Assembly (NCBI GenBank): GCA_964016885.1
Contig: OZ024740.1
Coordinates: forward strand, 155,682,001 to 155,746,000
Length of the DNA: 64,000 bases
Source of the DNA: Eledone cirrhosa
Taxonomy: Eukaryota
Direction of reading: 5' to 3'
Every line of letters starts with the position of its first letter. Positions within the stretch are counted from its first letter, which is position 1. Below, piece after piece: positions 39,041 through 50,949 of this stretch. The position numbers were made by a program, and so were the translations under genes. The notes below the pieces were generated by a model that was not told where the DNA came from, did no database searches, and worked only from the letters and a program-made list of their open reading frames with translations.

Positions 39041-40272
39041 CGAAAAAGGAGAATTTAATGTCTCAGTATTTGTTCCAGCTCTTTGTGCTCTGAGTTCAAA
39101 TCTTGGCGAGATCAACTTGGCCTTTCACTCTTTCGGAGTTGATAAAGTACCTGTCCAAGAGTGGTGGATTAGCAAAATTGTTAAAGATGTTTTGTTGTAT
39201 TTATTTTGGCTCTTGATCATCATCATCACCACCTCCATCTCTGTTTTATGTCCACTTTTCTATGCTTGCATGAGTTGGATGGGTCTTTTTCAGCACAGCA
39301 TCTCTCCAATCATCTCAGTCCTTTGTCATCTCTGAGACTGTGATTTAAGATATGCTCTGGCAACCTCTGCCAGGAGTTGAAACCAACGGATAGTATCAAC
39401 AAAAGAAATATGAATGGAAACATAGTTTCCTTGATCTGATTGGCTCTTTTCTTTATCTTTTTTGAAAGCCACATAGATTCACTGAAACTAGTTATTAGTT
39501 ACTGAATTTCCTTGCCAAAGGTTACTAATAACATTTGTATGAGTCAATATGTGTATGTATATCTATGTATGTACACAAGTATATGTACATTTGTGTGTAT
39601 GTTTATCATCATCATCACATCATCATCACCGTTTATATGTATGGATATATATGTATGCATGTGTGTTTATATATGTTTGTGTATGCACGTATGTATGTGT
39701 GTGTGTGTGTGTGTGTGTATGTATAAATATAAAAGTACACATGTCTCAACTCATTCAGTCTCTCTCTTTCATATGTTTTATTGATTGGTAAGGTAAACAA
39801 ATATTTGTTATATGTGATATAATCTTTATCAGTTTTACCAGCAAACTTCACTTGTTGATAATTGAATTACATACAATGTGTGGAAATTATGGGTTTGGTA
39901 GATTTTAAAATAAAAGTACTAACCTAGTGCAGTGGATTAGTGAAATTGTTAAATTATTAGTGCAGTATTTGTTCCGGTTCTTTGCATTCTGAGTTCAAAT
40001 CTTGCCATTGTCTGTCTATACTTTGGTGGTAGAATTTATGTCACCCAATTTAACATCACACCTGGACCCCTGGGGTGCTTTTACTGGAGCCTACCATGTA
40101 AGAAATTGGGTCAGGTTTGAGGATACCTTCCTCTACCCCTCTCCTTTTACTTGTCTCGGGTCCTGGGGTAGGTCAAGCGCACTGCTCTTTACTCTCTGAC
40201 TAAACAAAAAGAACATTAGCCTGAAGAAATTGCATGGTTTTGTTTATTTTTGTTTTTATTTTTTTAACCCAG

Positions 40273-40444
40273 ACAAGTTGAAATTCCATTTGGAGACAAG
40301 GACCAAAAGGGAGACTTCACATTACAGGTTGACGATCTAATTGCATTTAATATTGCTACAGACCGCAGAGATGGATTACAACGAGCTACACAAATCGAAC
40401 TCCTTGACTGTACCTTTGAGAAAAGCAAAGAAACCAGAGAGGTG
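40273..40444 (+). CDS. CSDE1: CSDE1 exon QVEIPFGDKDQKGDFTL...FNIATDRRDGLQRATQI...ETREV
   Basis: AG/GT, phase 2-0; PFGDKD and FNI.TDRRD motifs. Confidence 0.97.
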
Positions 40445-41330
40445 GTAAGTGTCATATCTCTTAATCACCAACACCCTAACTACCACCTTGCTTCCATCCC
40501 ATTATAGTCACAATAAAGCATAACTTGGATGGAACACATAATCTGTTGCTCAGTTTAACACCATCACTTGGCCCTAAAGTGCCATCTCTCTTAGAGGCCT
40601 CCAAAAGGGTCTTGAGCACTGCCTATCTCTCTTTGACTAAACAGTAAAACGAAAAAAAAAGCACCTATATTAATCAGCTTCATTAGTTTCTTTATTTATT
40701 TCCCAATGGACAACACCACTTTCATCATCACCATTATCATTTCAATTTAGTTTTCAAGCTAGCAAGGGCTGAACGGGTTGTTACAATCTGAATCAGATCG
40801 TATTTGGAGTTACTGTCCACTTTGATAGGTCAAATGACCACATGTTGCTTGTATGTTCCAACAGGCTGGCAGCCTGGAATGTTAGATTATATATACCTCA
40901 CTATAATAGAATTCATTGTACACCTCTATTGACTAATTATTTTTCACTACAGACCATCACCAGTTTCCTCTGATTCTGGATTTTGTTCTGAAAGAGCATA
41001 TCTTTTTCACTTTTATACATTTACAGTTTAATTTTACTTTCTGAGTTTGTGTGTTTATTAAAAACAAATGAATGTAGATCTTAGTCAAAATAAGTAATAA
41101 TTTTGACCAATGCCTTTACTCTTGATGTTATAGTAGAAAATATGCTTTGTATTCTTTGATAAATGTTTGATTACAAACAATCAGATTTCATTCTCATTCC
41201 AAATAGGATTTGATTTTCTACATTTACAGTTATGTTTGCTAGTTATATAGATTTTAGCTAGGCTATAAAACAATGTGAAATTGTCAAGAATGAACTAAAA
41301 TACTTTTTTTTTTTGTTTATTGTTCAACAG

Positions 41331-41474
41331 GGCATTGTTGCTATTCTGAAGGAGGGTTATGGTTTCATACAGTGTGCTGATCGCGACCTCAGAGTTTTCT
41401 TCTATTTTAGTGAAATGCTTGATCAAAGTAAGGAGTTGAAGCTGCAAGATGAAGTTGAATTCACAGTAGTACAG
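41331..41474 (+). CDS. CSDE1: CSDE1 exon GIVAILKEGYGFIQCADRDLRVFFYFSE...DEVEFTVVQ (third canonical CSD)
   Basis: AG/GT, phase 0-0; YGFI and DEVEFTV motifs. Confidence 0.97.
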
Positions 41475-41568
41475 GTTAGTACAACATTCCTGTCTCTCTC
41501 TCTCTCTTTCCCTAATATATATATATTATCTCTAGAGAATAGGATTGGCTGTGTAGTTGCTAGTTAAG

Positions 41569-41705
41569 ATAGCTTAAAATGGAATAAGAATAAGAAGAAA
41601 GCAAGAACAGGGGGAGTTTTCCTCATCGGCCCCCAGTAAACAACTGATAAGACCCCCCCTCCCCTGTTCTTGCTTTCTTCTTATTCTCATTCCACTTTAA
41701 GCTAT
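41569..41705. repeat. 45-bp inverted repeat (2 mismatches) with a 47-nt spacer
   Basis: 41569-41613 versus 41661-41705. Confidence 0.88.
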
Positions 41706-42169
41706 GTTATCTCTATATGTGTGTTAATGTATTTTATATATGTACATTGTGTATTATGTATTGTACATTATATACATGCATATGTGGTTTATATATCATA
41801 TATACATTCAGCTAAAACATCACTATGAACAAGGTATGGTGTGACCAACTGGCCAGACTTGCTTCATAATGGTGCCACACAGCTCCATGCTGTAAATGTG
41901 GGTTGGATTCCCAAACTATGGTTCTGCTGTGAGAAGGGTACAGTGCGGCCAACTGGCCTGCCCTTCCTCATAATGGTGCCATCTAGTTCCACACTGTAAA
42001 TGTGGTTGGTGTTAGGAATTGCATCCAGCTGTAAAAATCCCAGCCAAATTTACAGTTCTGTCTGAGCAAGGTACGTCACAGCCAATCTGGTCAGGCATGT
42101 CTCTTGTCGTGGGCGACCTGTCTAACCCATGCAAGCATGGAAAATCGACGTTAAACGGTGATGATGATG

Positions 42170-42228
<59 letters not shown>

Positions 42229-42229
42229 C

Positions 42230-45200
42230 CAAGAGACCAGGTGGAGGGGCGGGTCTGCTAGATTCATTGTGGGTAAAAAACGTTGCTATAAGCTTTTCTG
42301 GGTGGGGAATGACAATGGGATAGGTGGGGTAGGAATCATGTTAGCAGAAAAATGGGTGGATAAGATAATAGATGTAAATAGAGTGAATGACAGAATAATT
42401 AAAATAAGACTTGTTCTAAACAGAACTACTGTGACAGTAATATCTGCATACGCGCCCAAATCCGGACTGCCTGGCGCTATAAAAGACAGATTCTATGAGA
42501 CACTGATGCTCACTACCTCCCAAATAACCGACAGTGACTATATAATTATTGCTGGCGACCTAAATGGTCACGTTGGACAACATTGTGACGGCTATGACGG
42601 AATCCACGGAGGCTATGGGTTTGGTACTAGAAACGAGGAAGGCTCCAGAATCCTGGAATTCTGTGATGCAAACAACCTAACTATCTGTAACACTAACTTG
42701 AAAAGACGAGACAATCACTTGATCACCTACAGATCAGGAGAACATACCAGCCAGGTAGATTATATCCTTACCAGAAGACGTGACAGAGTGTCTGTTGTAA
42801 ACACTAAATCCCTCCCCCATGAAGAATGCACCTCCCAACATAGACTGATAATTAGCGACCTCATAGTCAGGACGAGACTACTAGACAGCAGAAGAGGACT
42901 ATCCTCAGGAGAAAAATATGGAAGCTAAAGGATCCCACAACCAGAAATAAATTTCAAAGCATATTACTTGATGCTTTCGACAGTAAGGAAGAGCAATTAG
43001 AGTCGTACAAGGTAGAGGAACAGTGGGAATTCCTGAAAGCAAACCTGCTGATGGCGGCAGACGAAGTCTGTGGCTGGAGCAGGCCTGTAGGCAGGAGGAG
43101 AGTAACATGGTGGTGGAACAGTAAGGTGGAGGGGTCAATCAAGGCCAAAAAGCAGGCTTGGAAAGCATGGTGGGATGGGGGAAGTAGAGAAGACTATCAA
43201 GTGGCCAGGAGGGAAGCTAGGAGACAAGTGTACTTCGCAAGAAGGAAAGCAGAGGAAAGAAAGTTCAAGCATGTTTTACAACGCGAGGACCAAAAACGTC
43301 AGGTGTTCAGGATTGCTAGACAATGTGTCAAGGAAAACCGTGATATTGTCGGGGAGAAGTGTGTACTTAACGATGATGGCGTACTTGCCATCACTGATGC
43401 TGATAAGAAGGTAGCTTGGAAGTGTCACTACGAAAGGCTACTAAATGAGGAGAATAAATGGGAGAAAGACAGCCTCCCCCACATCGACCCAATAGAGGGA
43501 CCAGCAGTGTTAGTCGAAGGTAGTATAATAAGTAAGGCAATCAAAGATATGAAGATGGGTAAGGCGGCTGGGCCTTCGGAAATAGTTGCTGAGATGCTGA
43601 AAGCCTCCGGTACGGTGGGACACACCATGGTCACCCGGATAGTAAACCAAGTCATACAGAATGAGGTTGTTCCGAAGGACTGGCGTAGCAGCATCATCGT
43701 TAACTGTTACAAGGGTAAAGGAGACGCCCTAGATAGGAGTAACTATAGAGGCATTAAATTAATCGACCAGGTCATGAAGGTCACGGAAAAAGTAATAGCG
43801 CAACTAATCAGAGAGAGAATTGATCTAGATGAAATGCAGTTCGGGTTTGTGTCAGGCAAAAGTACCACAGACGCTCTTTTCATTGTACGACAACTACAGG
43901 AGAAGTACCTAGCTAAAAGTAAACCCCTATACTTAGCTTTTGTCGACTTGGAGAAAGCCTTCGACAGAGTCCCCCGTTGCATTATCTGGTGGGCTCTTAG
44001 AAAACTAGGTGTTGACGAATGGCTTGTGAGAGCCATCCAAGCCATGTATAAAGAAACAATCAGCAAGGTTAGATAGAATTAACAACGAATATAGTGAAGA
44101 GTTTAGCATAAAAGTTGGTGTCCATCAGGGCTCTGTTCTTAGCCCCCTACTATTTATTATTGCCCTTCAGGCTATAACAGAGGAGTTCAAGACCGGCTGC
44201 CCATGGGAACTCCTATACGCAGATGATCTAACGCTCATAGCTGAATCAATGGCCGAGCTAGAGAAGAAATTCCAAACATGGAAGCACGGCCTAGAATCAA
44301 AAGGCCTTAAAATTAACCTGGCTAAGACTAAAGTTCTAGTTTGTAGGAAAGAAAATAAGGCGCCAGTCCCCTCCGGGAAATGGCCATGGTCAGTGTGTAG
44401 GAAAGGCGTAGGTAGAAACTCCAAATGCAAAGTATGGGTGCATAAAAGATGTAGTGGGATCACAGGTAAGCTAACTAAGAACACAGATTTTACATGTGGC
44501 CGGTGCTCTGGTGCAATAAGTAGCAGCAAGTGCCCACAAAATACTAACTCTTTCAATTGCGCAGAGGGTTCTATAGAAATAGTGGACAGCTTCCGTTACC
44601 TGGGTGACAAAATCAGCAGTTGGGGAGGGTGCTCTGAAAGTACAGTAGCTAGAGTCAGAACTGGATGGAAAAAGTTCAGAGAGCTTATACCACTATTAGC
44701 CGCTAAAGGGTTCTCCCTAAAAATGAAAGGCAGGTTGTATGATGCCTGCATACGAACAGCAATGTTGCATGGCAGTGAGACCTGGGCATTGTGTGCAGAG
44801 GATATACGCAGACTAGAGAGGAACGAAGCTTGCATGCTCCGCTGGATGTGTAATAGTAATATACGTGAACGGCAAAGCATAAACGAACTAAGGAAAAAAT
44901 TAGAAATAAGAGGGATCAGATGTTGTTTACTCGAGAGAAGGCTACGTTGGTATGGTCACGTGATGCGCATGAAAGATGACAGCTGTATAACAAAGTGCAG
45001 GGCAATAAAGATAGATGGTAGCCACAGAGTAGGCAGACCCAGGAAAACCTGGGACGAGCTGATAAATTCCGACCTCACACACTTACACCTCTCCAAGACA
45101 ATGTCACTGGACCGAGACCTTTGGCGGTACTCAGTAACAGAGAAGACCCGCCTTACCTAAATACAAAGTAAAACCTACTAGTCAGTAGGCATCTCTAACA

Positions 45201-45651
45201 AAATACACCCCCGTCCCACCCCATCCACACCGCCCCCTTCAATGCAAAGTTATGTTGGTGCCACAACATCCAGGCCGAAACAAATGAGATCGTGTAGGTG
45301 TCATGACAAAAAACACACAGTCCACGCCGTAATGTGGCCGTGTAGGCAACACGGTAAAAACCTCCCAGTCCCACACTGTAAATGTGGTTGGTGTTAGGAA
45401 GGGCATCCAGCTGTAGAAAACACGCCAGACAGTCCACGCTGTAATGTGGCCGTGTAGGCAACACGGTAAAAACCTCCCAGCCCCACACTGTAAATGTGGT
45501 TGGTGTTAGGAAGGGCATCCAGCTGTAGAAAACCCGCCAGACAGTCCTATGCGAGCAAGACAACCACACTTGCCTCAAGTGGGAAAACCCCCGTCCAAAC
45601 CCATGCAAGCGTGGAACAGGGACGTTAAACGATGATGATGATGATGATGAT
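42230..45651 (+). mobile_element. RTE LINE copy 1, slightly 5'-truncated, frameshifted
   Basis: APE endonuclease (QETRW, AGDLNGH, SQHRL), RT (NYRGIKL, FVDLEKAFD, YADD), tandem duplication of about 113 bp in the 3'UTR, (GAT)n tail. Confidence 0.96.
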
Positions 45652-45652
45652 A

Positions 45653-45795
45653 CTAGCAGAATGGCCCGGCGTTGCTCGGGATTTGCTCTAGGGTTCTTAT
45701 ATATTTGATATATATTTATCCTTATCGAGCCTCATGAAATAAATACATTTGTTTATATTTTGTTATTGTGTATGCAAACATTGTACACGAACATA

Positions 45796-45832
<37 letters not shown>

Positions 45833-48800
45833 GGATTTACCCTGTTTTTCTGCTGTATTTTTTCGGATTTACCATGCGGTCTTGAAGGCGACCCTCGGTG
45901 TACCCCCCCCCCCCCCCCCTCTCTATATCTCTCTCTACGATGGCTACCCTATCACTCGTCTTGAAGCTATTCAAGAGATAAGACATTTTCTCCTTATCTG
46001 CTAAAATGTGTCACTAAAGTTTGTTCGGTTTCGTTCCAGCCACCCATCCATACAAATTTTTGAAGGTATCTTAGCTCTTATGACGTTATTATTATTAATA
46101 TTACTGCTGTTTTCTGCTGTATTATTTCGGATTTACCCTGTTTTTCTATTATTATTAATATTACTGCTGTTTTCTGCTATATTATTTGGGATTTACCCTG
46201 TTTTTCTGCTGTATTATTTCGGATTTACCATGCGGTCTTGAAGGCGACCCTCAGTGCCTACCTCACAATTTCCCTCCCTCCCTCCCTCTCACACCGCCAT
46301 AGCCTATTCGACCAATCAAACCTCAGCATGCCATTTCTACGGCTGCTGCTGCTACTACCTAACTAACTCTCTCCTCGTCGCAGTCTAACACACCCTGCCA
46401 TTATCCCACCACCACTGTTCTTCTAGCCCTCAATTTTCCCACCGTTATGGATGGATGAGCTGAGAATACATTTGAGCAACTCTGAATCAATAGATGAAAT
46501 ATGAATCTGCGAGCTACCAAGCATCCGCGTGAAGCGCCAACCCATAAACCCTTCCCTACGAGTGTCGACAAATGCCCAAAACTCCGAGTTGGTACCATCA
46601 ATATAAGCTCAATGAAAAGAAGAGCAGGAGAAATCGTAGAAATGCTAGAGCGAAAGGAAATTGATGTATGCTGTGTGCAAGAGACTAGATGGAGAGGAGA
46701 GTCTGCCAGAGTCCTCGTAGCAAAAAGTCGGTGCTACAAATTTTTCTGGGTGGGAAATGACAATGGGATGGGTGTAGGTATACTACTAGCTGACAAGTGG
46801 GTAGATAAAGTAATCTCAGTGTACAGGGTAAATGCAAGAATCATTAAACTCAGACTAGTCCTGAATAAAACAATTACCACAATAATATCAGCTTACGCAC
46901 CCCAATCGGGGCTGCCAGACGAACTTAAGGATAGGTTTTACGAGTCCCTAATGCACACTACTGCTCTAACAGACGACAATGACTTCCTAATCATCGCAGG
47001 AGATTTTAACGGACACGTAGGTAAACACTGCGACGGCTTCAATAGAGTACATGGAGGCCATGGGGTTGGCACAAGGAATGAGGAGGGATTCAGACTTCTA
47101 GAATTCTGCGACGCCAATGACGTCGATATGTAACACAAACTTTAAAAAACCCGACAACCACCTGATCACCTATAGATCAGGGGAGCACTCTAGTCCGTTA
47201 GATTTTATCCTCATCAGAGGACGTGACAGATGGACGGTCGTAAACACAAAAGCCTTCCCTAATGAGGAATGTACATCCCAACATAGCTTAGTTGTCAGCG
47301 ACCTCACGGTCAGAACTAGACGAACCTGGAAACAGAGGCCAACCTGGAGAAGAAAGATCTGGAAGCTGAAAGTGCCCTCAACCAGTAACAGATTTAAAGA
47401 TATTTTACTCAACGCCTACGACAGTAAAGAAGAACAGATACAGACATTTAATGTAGAAGAGAACTGGGAGTTCCTAAAAAATAATTTACTAGAGGCGACG
47501 GATGAGGTCTGTGGCTGGAGTAAGACCTCAAGCAGGAGGAGAGTGACTTTGTGGTGGAACAATGAGGTAGATGAAGCAGTTAAGGCCAAGAGACAGGCAT
47601 GGAAAGAATGGAAGAACGGGGGGAGCAGGGTACATTACATAGAGACCAAGAGGGAAGCTAGGCGACAAGTATACTTAGCTAGGAGGGAAGCAGAGGATAG
47701 AAAATTCAAGCATGTTTTGCAACGTGAGGACCAGAAACAGGAGGTATTCAAGATTGCGAGGCAGTGTGTCAGAGATAGTTTTGATGTCATTGGAGAGAAG
47801 TGTATCCGGAATGATAAAGGTGAGCTTGCCCTCACAAGTGCTGAGAAGAAAGATGCATGGAAGAGTCATTATGATAGATTAGTAAATGAGGAGAATGCAT
47901 GGGAAGAAGAGACCCTACCCCAAGTAGACCCTATAGAGGGACCAGCAGTACAAGTCAGCAGCAGTGTAGTAAGTAAGGCAATCAAAGATATGAAGATGGG
48001 GAAAGCAACCGGTCCATCGGGTATAGCTGCCGAGATGCTGAAGGCATCTGGGTCTGTAGGTCACACTATAACCACACGTATTGTTAACCAGGTAATACTA
48101 GAAGGTGCCATACCCAAAGATTGGTGCAGTAGCATCATTGTCAACTGCTACAAAGGTAAAGGCGATGCACTAGATAGAGGAAACTATGGAGGTATAAAGT
48201 TGATGGACCAGGTCATGAAAGTAACAAAGAGTTATAGCACAGTTAATTAGGGACCAGGTGAAAATAGACGAGATGCAATTTGGGTTTGTACCAGGAAGAG
48301 GCACCACTGATGCCCTCTTCCTTGTGAGGCAATTACAGGAAAAGTACCTAGCTAAAAGTAAGCCACTCTACTTGGCATTTGTCGACCTTGAGAAAGCCTT
48401 TGACAGAGTTCCACGTGCTGTAATCTGGTGGGCTCTTAGAAAACTAGGAGTAGATGAATGGCTTGTGAAAGCGGTAGAAGCCATGTATAGGGGAGCAGTC
48501 AGCAAAGTTAGGATTAGCAATAAGTATAGCGAGGAATTTAGCGTACAGGTTGGGGTCCACCAGGGCTCTGTTCTTAGCCCCCTCCTGTTCATCATAGTCC
48601 TGCAGGCAATAACGGAGGAGTTTAAGACCGGATGCCCATGAGAACTCCTGTATGCTGATGACCTCGCACTCATAGCTGAATCTATGGTAGAACTAGAGAA
48701 TAAATTCCAAACTTGGAAGCAGGGACTAGAAAGAAAGGGTCTCAAAGTCAACATGACAAAGACTGGCCTTGCTCAGTATGTAGGAAAGATGTAGGTAGGA

Positions 48801-50293
48801 ACTCCATTCTCTGCCCCAAATGCAAACAATGGGTACACAAGAGATGTAGCGGGATCTCAGGAAGCTTAATTAAGAATGTAGGCTTCACATGCAGCAGCTG
48901 TGCTGAGACAGCAAGCAGCAAACAGCCACAGGAAACAAGTACCACCAATCTCTGGGAGGGCTCTGTAGAAACACTAGACAGCTTCTGCTACCTAGGTGAC
49001 CGAATTAGCAGCGGAGGTGGGTGTTCAGAAAGTACAATAACTAGGGTAAGAACGGGATGGAAGAAGTTTAGGGAACTACTACCACTGCTAGCTGCAAAAG
49101 GCTTCTCCTTCAGAATGAAAGGCAGACTGTATGATGCGTGTATCCGAACAGCAATGTTGCATGGTAGTGAGACCTGGGCGCTGAAGGTGGAAGACTTACG
49201 TAGATTAGAGAGAAATGAAGCCTGCATGCTCCGATGGATGTGTAACTAATATACGTGAACGACAAAGCATAAATGAATTGAGAGAGAGACTGAGCATAAG
49301 AGGAATCAAATGCTGTGTACAGGAGAGGCAATTGCGCTGGTATGGACATGTGATGCGTATGAAGGATGACAGCTGCATAAAAAGGTGCAGAGCACAAGAA
49401 GTTGATGGAAACTGCGGAGTGGGGAGACCCAAGATGACCTGGGATGAGGTGATAAAAGCCGACCTTACCCAATTACACCTCTCAAAGGCAATGACACGGC
49501 CGTGACCTCTGGCATCACGCAGTAATACAGAGTACCCGACCTCCCATGGGTACAAGCTGAAGCATATAGACAATATGCCCCCACACCCCCCACCGCAAGG
49601 TGGTCGTGGAGGTGCCACGGCAAAAAAGCACCCAGCCCACACTGTAAAGTGGACGTGTAGGCGCCACGAAAAAGCACCCAGCACTCACTGTATATGAGGT
49701 TGGTGTTAGGAAGGGCATCCAGCTGTAGAAATCAAGCCAAATCAGTTCCTGTATGAGCAAGGCATGGTCAGCCGACCAGACACTGCCCACAACAGGACAA
49801 CCCATCTAACCCATGCTAGCGTGGAAGAACGGACGTAAAACGGTGATGATGATGATGATGATATATATATATATAAAAATAACAGATTAAAGTTTAAGCA
49901 AAGAATCGCTGCTTTCACCCTTAACGAGATCTTCTGAAACTAAAAAAATCATTCTGTGACTGCAGAAGTAAATATTTCGAAAAACGTTACACACTATATA
50001 TATATATATACACACACACACAGCATCATAATGTCGTAATGCAGACAGTCGGACATACAGACAGATATTATAAGGGTGCAACGTTGTATCTAAAAAAAAA
50101 GACTAAGAATTATAGAGAGAGATCGCTAAATCACCTAATGCGGTCCCTAGGGCATTGAAAATTTGAATTTTTTTTTTTCAAAAAACACTCAAAGGACCAT
50201 AAGTATTACATGTGTAAAGTTTGAAAACAAACGGTTAGGTGGTTCTCGAGTTTTAGGGAGTCAGATAGACATTCTCTGTTTTAGATATATAGA
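45653..50293 (-). mobile_element. Non-autonomous Helitron carrying a nested RTE LINE
   Basis: The minus strand starts A|TCTATATATCTAAAACAG at 50293 and ends CCCGAGCAACGCCGGG (hairpin) CCATTCTG CTAG|T at 45653. Internal minisatellite units at 45830-46258. Pairing the two ends as one element is inferred. Confidence 0.72.
46259..49862 (+). mobile_element. RTE LINE copy 2, near full-length, inactivated
   Basis: ORF pieces 46501-47133, 47117-48250, 48258-48641, 48713-49249 and 49215-49505 give APE, RT and C-terminus. Frameshifts, a TGG>TGA stop at 48639 and a (GAT)n tail. The 5' boundary is approximate. Confidence 0.96.
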
Positions 50294-50816
50294 TATATAC
50301 ACACTGTAGTGTAGCCAATTTTTACCTCTTAAAGCAGTAACTATCAGTTATTTTGAATACAGTGATGATTTGTGGTTTTGATTGTTCAAACCTACATAGT
50401 TTTTTAAAATTTTGTTCACTTTCTTTGGTTTAAATGCACTGGATTGGCTGTGTAGTTAAGAAGTTTGCATCACAACTATACGGTTTCAGGTTTGACTCCA
50501 TTGTGTGGCACCTCGGGTTAGTGTCTTCTATTTATAGCTTTGGTTTGGCCAATGCCTTGTTGGGGAATTTAGTAGCTAGAATCCTGTGCTGTAGTTTGTC
50601 ATATATGTGTATGTGTCTTTGTCTCTGTGTCTTATTACTACCTTAAATTTTTGCCTTTTTGTTTTCTTATTGATATGATTTTTAATATTTGCTCTATTTT
50701 TATTATCAGTTTGTATTTCAGTTCTTTGTTTACAAATTTATCAGCTTGGGTTTATTAAATGGAATGCTTTGCTAAATCCACACTGTCTCTCTTTTTTTTT
50801 TTTTTCTCCTCTTTAG

Positions 50817-50949
50817 GATCCTTCACCACCAAATAAGCAAATAGCTATTCGCATTAAAATGCTTCCCAAACGAACACTCTCTCTAACAATTTCTACTGAA
50901 AAATATATTGGAACAATTGACCGTGAGCCTGCAACACACAAAAGCCCAG
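50817..50949 (+). CDS. CSDE1: CSDE1 exon DPSPPNKQIAIRIKMLPKRT...IGTIDREPATHKSP
   Basis: AG/GT, phase 0-1; AIRIK.LPK.T motif. Confidence 0.95.

Noticed and set aside
45830-46258. Repeat units with spacers superficially like a CRISPR array
   Set aside because: This is an irregular minisatellite inside a Helitron in a eukaryotic intron, with no cas genes.
42230-49862. Active retrotransposon or domesticated RT gene
   Set aside because: Both copies have several frameshifts and deletions, and copy 2 also has an in-frame stop.
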